Of a stretch of DNA of 50,489 bases, positions 1-12,209 are shown piece by piece. The translations under genes were made by a program, and so were the position numbers. Origin of the DNA: Nemertoderma westbladi (Eukaryota > Animalia > Xenacoelomorpha); NCBI GenBank assembly GCA_032718475.1, contig JAUCBJ010007001.1:1-50489 (forward strand), in the 5' to 3' direction. How positions within the stretch are numbered: position 1 is the stretch's first letter; each line of letters begins with the position of its first letter. The notes beneath the pieces are model-generated. The model was given only the letters and a program-made list of their open reading frames with translations, was not told the origin of the DNA and did no database searches.

Positions 1-2568
1 AGTGAGCAGTGTTGTGCGTTACCGGTAGCGTGCGTGATTGTAAAGTGATTGGATCTGATAATAAAGCATTCCTAAAGAATGCGCCCTATGCTTGAAATTT
101 AAGCCATATCGTTGTGTGTAGTATCAGTCATAACTCTGTTTACATAGGTAGAGCGCCACGTCCTAAAAGGAACTGCTAATATTTCCCGAAAGTGAATAAT
201 ATTTGTAAGAGATTATATATTAGTAATCAATCGAATAATACAGTAGGCTTGACCGCAAATAAATTTAAGCCCACGAATCCAGTCTCCCGGTGTTATAAAC
301 GGGTCATTTGGACGCGCATGGACTGGCTTCGGCTAATGTTTTTGGTTTGTTTTGTATTAAATCTTATCATCTTACAAAAGGCAGATTATCAATAAAGACA
401 TATAAATTTCGGCAGGTTAAACTGCTGAAGGTCTATAAAAGCGCGTACAGTCTCTATCATGCCGAAAGAGATAGAAATTATCCAGTTCAATACTACCATC
501 TGATACATCATTCTGCAGTGTGGATTCTTGTATTGTAACCACAGTCACATTATTGTATAGTACAACTAATTCACACAAAATAACGTGTTTACCTTGAAGC
601 CCATTGACATTGTTGTTTAAAATGAATGGTAGCGACAACCACTCAGTGGGAAGGTTAGTAGAATCCTCACATGGGCCAGGGCAGTTTTTGTTTCGGCACG
701 AATGCTTTAAAGGGACCAGCCAGGGCGCATCTCTGCCATGCATACGTAAGTGGTAGCTAAATGAGTACTGGAGTTTCCTCTGGGTAGTAAAGTTCTGGGG
801 GTCCGCACTGGAAATAAGTCGTCAGACTTTGTGCGTAATCCCTGGCCTAGTGGCCGAAGAAAATTTACTTTACTTTTTACTTTTAAACGGAACTCAATAT
901 CCAATATTGGTTTATGTTGTTAAAAGCGGGTATCTAGTTACCTAATAAATATTCAGAGAACACTAAATTATTTAACATTGGCAGGCAGCATCAGGAGTTG
1001 AAGAGTACAGTAATTTAAATTGCAGTAACTATGGAAGCAATATAGTAAAATAATAGTTCAATTTATTTTGTACCACTATATCGCTGTATGTACATTTTAT
1101 TAAAGAATTAAGCAACAAAAATGTACCAATTTAAGAATATAATTACATGTTACATGGGAAAAAAAACGTAAAACATTTTTTTTTTTTCAATATTCTCTCT
1201 GCAGAAGTTTTGTTTCGTACTTTTCAAGGAAAATACCGCTATTTTTCCGATTTTGAAAAAGCACTGTTATTATCTTAAAAAATGTTATAACCGATGCACA
1301 ATTGCTGCAAAACTATAAAAACCGCTGGAATTTTATTATTGCGCACACTACAAGCTTTCATTTGAAGCTAAGAACCTACAAATTGGTTGAAAAATGGCGG
1401 AGACGTAGTGATTAATGAAAAAATGCCATTCGAAGTACCGGTAATTGCCTAGTTAAATGTTTGAACCTTCCCGCGCAAAACCTGTCTGTTAATATGTAAG
1501 CCTGTCTGAGGGAAGACTGTCCTGTCTGAAGTGTTAATTTTAACATTTGATGACTTCCAAATTGGCTGACAGGCTGTTGGTTATATTGTTACAGACAGAC
1601 TGACAGGCATACAGGCAGAAACGATGATTAAAAAATGTAATACTGACATCAGAAATGAAGTCACCAAGGAAAATATGTTTAGATATTGTTTTTGAGACAT
1701 ACTGACGGACAGACCGACAGTCAAACGGACAGAGTGCCATATCTCCAGATGTAAGGGGGGTCTTGCTAAAAAGTTATTTCAAATTTAAAATCTTGATAAA
1801 AATCTGCTCTACTGTATATGTAATAAAAAAAATTTGAAAAAGAAATTTAAAGCCAGTAACCCCCCTTAACATAAATACATAAAATTATATTGTCAGTTTC
1901 CTTGTGTACACTACGTTTGTAGGCCTATACTCATCGTAAGCATATCGTGGAGCTTTTATTATAAAAATTAATTCTGAAATAATGTAATTATGCGATATGT
2001 TTTTAAAACATAAATGTAAGGACTATTAGTCGATAAAAAAAAATAAGCGACAAACACCGCTTTTTTTCACTAATTTTCAATTTAGCGAAATTCAACTATT
2101 CTGTCCGAGTGGTTGAATTTTACAAGAGTTGGCAGGTTTTTAGCACGAGCGAAGCGACTGTTAAAATGCCAACGAGTGGAAAACTCAACACACGAGGGAA
2201 GAATTCGCTAAATTTCTCTAAAGAAAATGAGTGGAAAATAGTGTTTTCCGTTACGTTTTTATATCGAAAAATATCACCAGCGTTATCAATGTTTACGACG
2301 TATAATATGTATAATAATTCTATATTTTAATTGTGACGATTAATTTAATTAATTTAATTTAGAAGATTGTGTGAGCTAGAGTACAGTAAGCTACCCCAAG
2401 TACAGTAAGACAAACCTCGGACTACATTATATAATCATTATGTACCAGAAACTTACTCAATTATATGAAAGTATGTATCAATTTGATTATATTGTGTTGT
2501 AAATAGTTCATTAAATAAAAAAATTAGTTAAAAAATAATTTTTTTAACTAATTTTCTAAAAATTAGTA

Positions 2569-2690
2569 AAAAATTAGTTTAAAAAAGTAAAAAATTAGTT
2601 TAAAAAAGTAAAAAATTAGTTTAAAAAAGTAAAAAATTAGTTTAAAAAAGTAAAAAATTAGTTTAAAAAAGTAAAAAATTATTTAAAAAA
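2569..2690. repeat. AT-rich minisatellite, 20-bp unit AAAAATTAGTTTAAAAAAGT, about 6 copies
   Basis: Tandem units read directly; inverted copies of part of the unit (TTTTTAACTAATTTT) lie on both sides (~2540-2555, ~2695-2710). Confidence 0.85.
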
Positions 2691-2795
2691 AGACTTTTTT
2701 AACTAATTTTCTGGAAATTAGTGAAAAAAAGTTAGATTAATTAACTCAATTTTAAAAATATTAGTGAGAAAAAGAGCCTTTTTCAATTAAATATC

Positions 2796-2994
2796 ATGTC
2801 GCGAGTTATTTTGTTTGTGATAGTTCTCCACGCAGCTGCGACTTTGGGTTGGGTCTGTCACGAACCGTCCTTCCCCCCAGACGCAGTATCCCAAGCCCCT
2901 ACCAATGTTTACAGCGGATCGGTTGATTATACGATGATGTTTGTCGGAGATCAGGTGTGGAAGATGCGAAGCGATAATGGTGATGTTTCCCTAG
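2796..2994 (+). CDS. Probable first coding exon of a secreted protein: signal peptide plus one hemopexin-like repeat
   Basis: MSRVILFVIVLHAAATLG is a typical signal peptide. PDAV...TMMFVGDQVWKM...G resembles the hemopexin repeat (DA...yfFkGdqyWrf). Ends at CTAG|GTAACC (phase 1), after which the ORF becomes low-complexity intron-like sequence. Confidence 0.6.
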
Positions 2995-5400
2995 GTAACC
3001 CAATATATATATATATACAAGGCCAGTTTTTAAATAATTTTAAGAAAATAATTTTCCTAAAAACGGTGGAATTTTCATTGAAAAAGACTGACATTCCTGC
3101 ACCGTTACACCAATAACTGAATAAATGAACGCTGTCATACTCCGAGACGGGGTGGGGTGGGGGGGGGGGGGGGGGGGGGTGGATGCAAATCCCATCTCGG
3201 TGTCGGTGAATTAATATCAAGTATCAATGATAAATTATCCATTTAGGGAAAGGAGCAGGTTACATTGGCGCGTTATTATAACAAAACAACAAACTAAACT
3301 CAATATAACATTGTGTCGGAAGTTCATTCATTAAGCAATTTAGAACCAAAATCAATAAAATTATGGGCTGTATTACTTTTTCTGATCTCTTCCATTTTAT
3401 CAACGTTTAACAAGTTTGCCGATACAAAAACTATATTTATTGCAATTAGCAACTTTTATGCACGGAATTTTCTATCGATATGACCAATCTGACTTATAAA
3501 ATAATTTCAAATTTATAAGCGATACACAAAGATAGGGCACTCGGTCATCTTCAAAACAATTGTTTTTTATCCCGCGCTCTCATCTCATCATTGGTCAGAG
3601 GGAGTTTCTTATCAGGGGGCAGTGCTATGAACTCAATTGACACTGAATTTAAAAAAATAAAAAATAGGTCTACTTTCATTAATTGCATTTTCATAATTCG
3701 ACTTATTTCCGTTGAAGAGCGGGAGTGTGAGGGTTACCTGTAATGTTACCTGTAATGTGTAATGAGTTGTGGGATTGCACTGTTCAGTCAGGTCAGTGTT
3801 GCTGACCGGTAGCACCGGTCAGTTCCGCAGCAAAAATGAAAATACTAATGAAAATGGGGAGGGGGGTCATTTATAATTTTTTCATCTGTATCTTGGAAAC
3901 AGTTGGCCTAATGTTTTAAAAACCGAGATTTCTTTTTCATGTTGAAATTTTCAAATTTTATTTTGGAAATGTTGAAAATGAAATGAGAATTGAAAATTTT
4001 GAAAATGTTCACATTGTCGGCACAACGCAACGCCGACACTGTCTGCACAACGCAACGTATAATTCAGTCCTAAATCAGTCTAAAGAAGGTCGTGCCTAAT
4101 GTAACAATACTGCTGCGCAGAAAACAACAGTTTAATAACGAAATGAAATACTCCCTTTTGCCGTAACTAAATATCAGATCCTAATTTTACAAATACAGAT
4201 AAATTCTGCCTAAATCTAAATTGCGCTATCTAGTAGGAACTCTAAGGGTAAATATGTTTCAGGGCGTGTGTGTGTGGGTGTGTTACAATAAAACAATTTT
4301 GGTGTATACCATTTTACTAGGTTTTAGTAATTCTCTGACCAAAACAATACCGTGCGCTAGCTACTAAAATAAACTAGTCGCGTTTTGTAGAACTTTATAC
4401 TTACAAATGACGTCAAAGCTCTCTCCTTCCTATCCACAACTCAACTGGGCAACCACAGTGTTAGTAACTACACCCGTGATCGGCACTAATACCAGATTCT
4501 GGTTGTAAGATAAGAAATAGGGGTTAATCGCTACCGTACGTTAGCTGATCTGGTATACAAATTTGATTCTAGAACTTTGTTGCCGCGGTAGTTAGCAGCA
4601 AATACCTATCAGTACGTGGCAAGGCGTGGTAGGATATTAATAAAACCTCCCTAGGCCAAGCGGTGTGCCGGTAGCAGAAATACTCCTTGCCTGATCAAAT
4701 AACTAACTTCAGGCAGGGGGGGGGGGGGGGGGGTGTACTAATGTATGTTCTATAAAGCGAACCGGTACCAAACGGTCAGTTTGCGAATTACTAAATTATG
4801 GAACATATGCTGTCTGTACCTAATATGTACTCGCGTACTGACGGACGGCAATAGCTCGCTTCTACCTATGAGGTATACAGGTAAACCCAGGGGTTCGCAG
4901 GACTGACAAAGGGGGTTTCTGCCTAAAATATAATTATTTGATCCTAAATTTTGCGGCGTCCCAGGATGGCGTCACACTTACCCTGATCTATAGGTCTTAC
5001 GTCGGGCAAGGGCGTCGAACAAAGTCTTACCTTCCTCATAAAGCGGGCGCTGCATGGCAAGTGGAGTATTTCGTAGGGCGAAGGGGGTGCGCGGTCTAAT
5101 CTAATGTGGGCGCTAGCGTGTTGTGGACATCCTTTCCCTGCGTTGCTGACGGCCTAACGGTCTAGGCGGCCATCTTCCTGATGCTTTGCTGTCCCAAAGT
5201 TGGACGTTCAGAAAAAGGCATGTTCAGAAGTTTACAGTGTATTTTACAGTTTAGCGAAACTTATCAAACAGATTATAACATATTTGCAACAAGAAACAAG
5301 TTAAGAATGACAACTAAAGTATAAGCAAATGATTAGTTTGTGTCTCGAATGACTAGTACAAGAGTGATAATACAAGTGATAACCAAAGGCAAACCAGCCC

Positions 5401-5538
5401 TTTATATACTAAATCTGGGACATAGAATCCACTAGAACCTTCTAGAGTATTCCATGGCCTCACATTGGAGCCATAAGATGTTCTATGCCCTTTGATTGGC
5501 CCAACTCATCGTTCGATCTGTTGTACGCACCTCATTGG
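5401..5538 (-). promoter_or_regulatory. LTR Pol II promoter: three CCAAT boxes and a TATATAAA box (same in the 5' LTR, ~20407-20544)
   Basis: - strand CCAAT at 5538-5534, 5499-5495, 5468-5464 and TATATAAA at 5408-5401. All four are preserved in the diverged LTR at ~34118-34260. Confidence 0.65.
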
Positions 5539-5587
5539 CTTACCAATTTGTACCAAATGAAAATAAATTGCCCCAAAATGCAAATTT

Positions 5588-5657
5588 CCCGACTGTGATT
5601 CGAACTCGTAACCTATCTGTAATGTAACCAACGCCTTAACCATCTGACCACTACGCC
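5588..5657 (-). other. tRNA-derived (A-box/B-box) module within LTR U3
   Basis: - strand GGCGTAGTGGTCAGATGGTTAAGGCG...GAGTTCGAATC: A-box/D-arm-like part and B box with tRNA spacing. Acceptor and anticodon stems do not pair. Confidence 0.65.
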
Positions 5658-6300
5658 ACGAGAGTAACTAGGGGTTTTAAGTGTACAAATATGAATAGGC
5701 ATATTACATTACTGTAATTTAATCAAAATGCGTCGGATTTTCGAAAGTTTTTACGTTAAAGTTAAACTACAAATGCTATCTTATAGTGAAATAATTCATC
5801 ACCGCTCCATGAAAAGAGTAAGTAAGACTGTTTTCACGAATCGAAATATAAACTATTTACAAACTACTTCTAAATCTACTGGTGGGGCCTAAAATATAAA
5901 ATAATCACTATCTAATTATTGCATACTTAATATTGCAGGTACGGCGTAAATACAATCTATCATACATACAAAACACAAATTTACCAATTAACTTTAGTGC
6001 ATAAAATACGAAAAAAAGCTTTCGGTTATCAAGGTAAACAAATTAAACAAATCAGAACAAAACAAATCGAAACAAATCGAACAAATAATTTTAAATCCTT
6101 CAATAAGTTTTATATATTGCAAATATACATAATAAATTCACCAAATTAAATCAGTCTAAATATAAAATAAACATAACACGCTAATAACTTCCAAATAAGT
6201 CATAAAGTGTCCTCCTGAAGAGCTTAAAGTTCATCCTGCTGGTCTGGATATCTTCTCCTGAGCACTAATTGCTAACGGTAGGCTCGCAAGCCTTCCTTCT

Positions 6301-6955
6301 CTATCTCGCTCCTCCAAACCCAACATCCAAACGTAATGTCCAATATAAATAACCAAATATAATATCCAAATATAAATATCTGGTTGGTCTCGCGACTGGT
6401 ACAACCGCTTTAGTAGGATGGGGCCGAGGTTCTCGCGTCATCTCGACATGAGGTATCTGTAGTCTCTGCGACAAACGCTGAGCAAAAGTGATACTATCGA
6501 AGAGCTCGGGTGTCATCTCCTTAGATTCGGTTTGATCATGGGATATCCAGTAAAATGGTAGGCTCGCGAGCTCCTTGACTCCTTGATCTCGCCTTTCTCG
6601 TATTCCTTCAAATTCGTCCCTGGCTGCAGGCAAGGGTTCGTTTGCCGTCAAATATTGCATCGTATGATATAATCGGCGTATCTCCGTGTCTGGATCCTCG
6701 CAAATGTCACTGGCGTCGCATAACGTATCGTAGGGATACAACGCATTGAACTACGCGCGTAATTCCTCCGCTCTTTTGTTATAAGCGTCCAATCGCTGTC
6801 GCGTAACATTCGGGTCCGCCTTGGATTTAGCGAGATTGGCTGTACTCCTAGCCATACTCTCCACTCCAAACACATTAAAGTTTTGGCTCCATAACGATTA
6901 AACGGTGCCTGGTGCTCCTGTTCCTGCGTGAATCCCTGTATATGTAGTGTTTCTA
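6301..6955 (-). pseudogene. Accessory ORF of unknown function in the env position of the BEL/Pao element (one frameshift)
   Basis: Two overlapping ORFs (6648-6968, 6301-6741) form a GC-richer island between integrase and the 3' LTR. Hydrophobic C-terminal segment YLYLDIIFGYLYWTL. Preceded by branch point, pyrimidine tract and AG. Confidence 0.55.
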
Positions 6956-9499
6956 CTAGAGGAAGCACAAACAGAGGTTAGATGTGAGGAGACTTAGAGT
7001 TTTGTCGGCTTTTGGCTCAACTTTGCTCTAAAACCCCAACCCATTTGCCTAATGATTTCGGCTTCGCGTGATTTCGCACTGGCTCCTAATCCAAAAAATT
7101 GTGCCGATAAAAAACGAATTCCGGGTAAACTAGCCGCGAGTCTAAAATACTCACCTTTTAATTTCCCAAACTACATTCCCAAAGAAAATAATGCAGTCGA
7201 GAATAAATTCGGTCTAAATAATAGTAGACACGACTACGTAGAACAAGGCTGATTTTCTTTTCCAAAAAAAAATTTTCGGTAGGCTCGCAAGCCTTCCATC
7301 CGCTCTTGTCCTCCCCAATTTTAATTTTTTTTTTTTTTATCTAGCCGTATTCTAGAATTCGCATTCACTGGAGAATCATTTTTCTTAAATTTAAATCCAA
7401 CTAAATGGATTTGTCTAATAATTTTTGAAAAATTGTCTCACTTGTGGGTTCCAAGTGGAATTCCATTCCTACTGTACACACAATCCCGCTCCTATGTGAT
7501 ACATAAGGGTACTACCCTCCATGTTCACATATAAAGACAATGGAATTCCACCGCTGTCTCTATCTACAGTGAAGAGGATTACAAATGCACATACAGTAAT
7601 ACAAAATACTAAATTACTAAAATACGGTAAGTCTATGTGGCAGCCATCAAGGGTCCCACATCTCTATTTACTAATATTGGGTGGAGATTTGTAGTCTCCT
7701 GTCTCGTTTCTAGTCTCTTCAAGGAGTACGAGACGTTGTACAGGCCTATCTATGGTACGGCCGTCGATAGTCCTTACAGTAACAGTCCTTACTACACCAG
7801 ATGTAGGGTGCGTGGTCAAAATGACTCCAGTCAGCCAAAACCGTCTTTTCAGATTGGCTTCAGCCAATAAAACGTGGTCTCCTCGTCTCAAACATCGTGC
7901 ATTAAGATACCAAGAGGTTCTGGTCAAAATAGAGGGCAAATAGTGTTTCTGCCATATTTCCAAGAATTTATTTGCTAATAGCTGAGTGATTTTCCAAGCC
8001 TTGTTGCCGTATCCGTCGCTATCAACGGGTACCGAAATGGGCAACAATGTCGTCGGAGCCTGCATAAGCAGGTGCGCTGGTGTCAAGGCAAACTGTGCGT
8101 CGTTATTGTCTGGGATCAAAGCGATCGGTCTAGTGTTTAAAATCGCTTCGATTTCTATTAGTAACGTCGTCAGTTGGTCGTCTGTCAATATGTGTTGCAT
8201 CGGTATTACTTTAGCCATAGCTGTCATAATTGAGCCAATCAGCCTTTCCCAAACGCCGCCTCTCCACGGACTGTCTGGAGTATTAAAATTCCAAACAATA
8301 CGGTGAGGACGTAGTTCCTCGGAAATCTGGTTTTGGTCCAATTTCTTTAAAGCTCTGGTTATTTCGTTCAGTGCACCCACAAAGTTTGTCCCTTGGTCAC
8401 AAAATATGGATTTGACCAATCCACGTCTAGCGATAAATCGCCGTAAGGCTAGGATAAAGGCATTGGTGGTTAAATCTGTCACACGCTCAATATGGACAGC
8501 TCTGCTGGCCATGCAAGTGAAGATTAATCCCCAACGTTTTACCTGTACCCTTCCGCATTTCGCGATTATGCGTCCAAAACAGTCTATCCCTGTCTCAGTG
8601 AAAGGGGGTCTAAACGCCTGTAATCTTGCTAGTGGTAGTTCACTCATTTCTTGGTGTCCTATCCTCGCGTGCACCTTCTTACAAATCATACAGTTCCGTG
8701 TTACCGAACTCAGTGCCTTGCTAGGCCTAATCAGTACAAACCTCAATTGTAAGTGTGATAGGCAGTGATGTCTACCCACGTGTTTGAGTTGTACATTTGC
8801 GTCCAGTATCATAGCGCGCTGTAATTCATGGTGTTGCGGTATGATGATAGGATACCTAAAGTCTAGTGCAAAGTCGATGTTTTGGAGTCTGGACTTGTGA
8901 CAAAGTAAGCCCTTATAAATAATCGGACTCCAACTCAAAATCGGTGAAGACTTGATCTGTTTACCTTGGTTGATCACTGTGAATTCTCGCTTGATAATGG
9001 CGAATGATATCAACTTCACAATGATCAACTTCCTTTAAGGTAAGTCTTCTAGGAAAGTCGCGTTTGCCTCTGGCATATTGTCTCAAACGTTTGAGCCATG
9101 CTAACTTGCGGCACGCGTCAGTCCATGATCTAGTTAGGTTTACTATCCGGTCAACGTAAGTGTTAGTGAAGTCATCAGGTAAGGTATAGTTATAGTGTGG
9201 ATACTTGTCTGGACTTGGTAGGCCCACGGGCCTTCCGGTAGGTTTGTCTGAGTCCCCAAGTATGTCAATCTCCACGGTCTTACCTTTACCGTCCGCATCT
9301 AATGAGTCGACTGGCAGTAACGGTTTCAACTCTACAGTATCAGTGTGTTCCTATGAGCCTGTAAGCTTCCTAACCTTAGTTACACGCTTACCTGTAGGTG
9401 GTAAGTCAAGTACTTTCTTTGAGCGGAGTGTGATCGCTGTGGCCACACCTTTGTCGTCCAAAGAAGTTAAATTTGGTAAGTTTCTAATTGTCCGCTCCA

Positions 9500-9910
9500 A
9501 TGGGTCTTCTAGAGGAGTGTCTAGTAGACAGTCTGGTGAAGCGTCTGGTGAACAGTCTGGTGAGACATAGCGCGGAACATCCGGCGAAATGTCCTGTCGT
9601 CGGTCCCAAAGAAAGTCTGGTGTAACTTCTGTCAGAAAGTCTGGTCTAAAATCTGGTGGACAGTCTGTCGAGATGTCTGGTGGAAAGTCTGGTGAGACGT
9701 CCGGTAGACAATCTGTCGAGAGTTCCATAAAACAATCTGGCGAGCAATCCGGAGAACAATCTGGTGTCGCTTCTGGTGATTAATCTGGTGAGTAATCTGG
9801 TGAACAATCTGGCAAAACGTCTGGTGAAATCTCCCGCGGAACATCTGGTGAAAGATTCGTACGAGCGTCTGGTCGAGATTCTGGTGAGACGTCTGGTGTA
9901 ATGTCAGGTC
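9500..9910 (-). repeat. Degenerate 12-bp coding tandem repeat (S/T-P-D-x tetrapeptide) between RNase H and integrase
   Basis: TCTGG recurs every 12 bp; translation PDITPDVSPESRPD...SPDCSPDASPDC, roughly 30 units, with one in-frame stop at 9780. Confidence 0.85.
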
Positions 9911-11823
9911 TAGCGTCCAGGTCATCAGATTTCGTCCGTCCTTGTTTCCTCTTGACCTTGGCGTTGGCTTTCGCTTTGGATTTTACAACCTTGTCGATTT
10001 TTATCTCGGCACCCTCTGGTATGGTATTGGTCTTCGAGTCGAATAACGGTGGCCATTCGTCTGATGGTCGCTGTAGGAAATCGGGTCCTTTAAACCAAAA
10101 GGATTTATTGTCCGGTTTACAAAAGTCGAGCGGTTGCATCCCCCGTGACGCGATGTCAGCTGGGTTCAGCTTCCCTGGACAGTGACGCCAATCTTGTTTG
10201 AGCGACCGGTCTAATATTTCAGCCCGTCTGTTGGCTACGAAAGTCTTGAACTCAAATGCTTTGTTGTTTATGTACCAAAGTACCAACGTCGCATCCGTCC
10301 AATATGTGACATTCAAGTTAGCCTCCAGCTCGCGTTGAACTAGACTGACAATATCGGTGGATATCGTCCCGGCTTGCAGCTCTCTACGAGGTACAGTCAT
10401 ATACTTCAATGGCATTGTTCTAGCTCTTAAAGTAACGAGAGACACTTTGTAGCTGTCCGATGTCACTTGTCGTCTAAGGTATAAGGTAACCCCCAATCCA
10501 TCCTTGCTAGCGTCACTAAAGCTGTTAAGCTCTAAATCAGCAGGAAAGGTGGTCTGCAAAGGAAAGTATACCCTTGGTATAGTATAGTCTTGTAGGAACG
10601 TCAGTTGGGCTTCCCAGTCCCTCCATTGCTCAGCTAACTTTTCTGGGATGGGGTCGTCCCATTCCAGTCCGGCTTGCCAAATGCTGCGGAGTATGATCCT
10701 AGCATGTAGGATCACTGGACTAATGAAACACAATGGGTCATACAATCGACTCATGGTCGATAAGCAAGTCCTCTTTGTGAGAGGTCTAGTCTGGTCGTTG
10801 GACCTTACACGTACCCTAAAATTGTCGGTGTTAGGGTCCCAACTAAGTCCTAATACTTTGGTCGTCGGTAGAGGTTCTAGGTCTAAGTCCAAGTCACCTC
10901 CACTGCGATCCGTCGAGTCAAATGAGTTCACCAGTTCGGGTTCGTTGGAAACAAATTTCGTCAGGTGAAATCCGCCCTCAGCGAGACAATCCTGGAGTTG
11001 GTGTGCTACGGTTGTAGCGCGCTCCAAAGTGTCACAACTCTTGAGGCCGTCATCCACGTAGAAATCTCGTTCCACAGTCCGAACTACTTTTGAGTCAAAT
11101 TGGTCTCGTCTGTCTAATGCGGTCTGCTTTAAGGCGTACATGGTGCAGTTGGGGCTGTCCCTGGCTCCGAAAACTCTTACCTGCATTTGGTAAGTTTCTG
11201 GCGGAAGTTCTAAGTTTCCGTCCGGATACCAAAGAAACCTCAAGCTGTCCCTGCCCCGCTCCAAAGCCTTAACCTGGTGAAACATAGCCTCTATGTCACA
11301 GGTGAAAGCCACTTTGCATTGTCTAAAACGCATTAGGACTCCCATGAGGTAATTATTCATATTCGGTCCGTCCATCAATTCGCTGTTCATAGACATCCCT
11401 TGGTAAAGCGCGGCACAGTCGTTTACTACACGCACCTTGCCAGGTTTGTCCGGGTGTCGAACAAAATGATGTGGCAGGTAATATGTCTGATCTGTGGTTA
11501 CCTCGGGATTTAACATCCTAATGGCGTATCCCTTTTGGAGATACGTCTGAAGTTGCGCATTGTATTGCATATGGGCCGTCTCATCTTGCAACAATCGCTG
11601 TCTTATTGATTTGAGTCGCCTCAAAGCAAGCGGGTAATTGTTAACGAGCTTAGGTTGTCCATGCCAACCTCGTAGTGGCCATTCACGGTCTGGCGAATGG
11701 TATCTCTCATAATATTTAATTAAATAAATTGGAGATGAGCTGTTGCAACTGTAATTAAAGGTGTAATATTATGGGTTTGTTCAGAAGTGGAAAAAATGGG
11801 AGCGCGTCACCGGGGGTTGAACC

Positions 11824-11869
11824 AGCGCTATACGCACGTTTCGGCCTAACAGGCCTCATCAGTAGCGCT
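11824..11869 (-). ncRNA. Minimal type I hammerhead ribozyme, copy 1 (intact core)
   Basis: - strand AGCGCUA-CUGAUGA-GGCC UGUUA GGCC-GAAAC GUGC GUA-UAGCGCU: 7-bp stem I, full catalytic core, 4-bp stem II, minimal stem III, GUA cleavage triplet. Confidence 0.9.
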
Positions 11870-12163
11870 AACCAGCTCAGCCACTAGCCCCTGACACTCG
11901 CAGTCCCACCTAATCCACTTCTATTGAACGGGCAGTCTTAAGTTGCAAATATTCTATCTCTAACAGCGGACCTAACGGCCTCAAGTATGCTAGAGTGAAA
12001 CAGGAGGGAAGTACAAATAAATAAATATTCAGCTCGGTATTGCTGCCAGGTGATATTAATTAAATGAATTGGAGATGAGCTGTTGCAACTGTAATTAAAG
12101 GTGTAATATTATGGGTTTGTTCAGAAGTGGAAAAAATGGGAGCGCATCACCGGGGGTTGAACC

Positions 12164-12209
12164 AGTGCTATACGCACGTTTCAGCCTAACAGGCCTCATC
12201 AGTAGCGCT
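12164..12209 (-). ncRNA. Minimal type I hammerhead ribozyme, copy 2 (two stem substitutions)
   Basis: Same motif; stem I has a C/A mismatch and the base of stem II is a G-U wobble. Confidence 0.8.

Larger units (their letters stand above)
4354..5801 (-). repeat. 3' LTR of the BEL/Pao element (possibly truncated at its U5 end)
   Basis: Direct repeat of 19352-20807, about 30 differences counted by eye over ~1450 bp (~98%). Begins TGATGAAT on the - strand. Confidence 0.93.

Noticed and set aside
192-2330. Short ORFs at the window start
   Set aside because: No domain motifs, AT-rich, no consistent splice structure.
3150-3180. Poly-G/poly-C runs here and elsewhere (e.g. 4715, 26115, 43655, 44790, 48125) as poly-Pro/Gly coding or G-quadruplex systems
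   Set aside because: Simple homopolymers, often within TE ends; lengths are unreliable and nothing links them functionally.
4345-4353. Target-site duplication for the large BEL element
   Set aside because: Flanks differ (TACCG versus TATTG); CAATA at 4345 matches only in inverted orientation and is probably chance.
5588-5657. Functional tRNA genes in the LTRs or at 21812-21876
   Set aside because: Acceptor stems do not pair and anticodon arms are irregular; only promoter boxes are recognisable.
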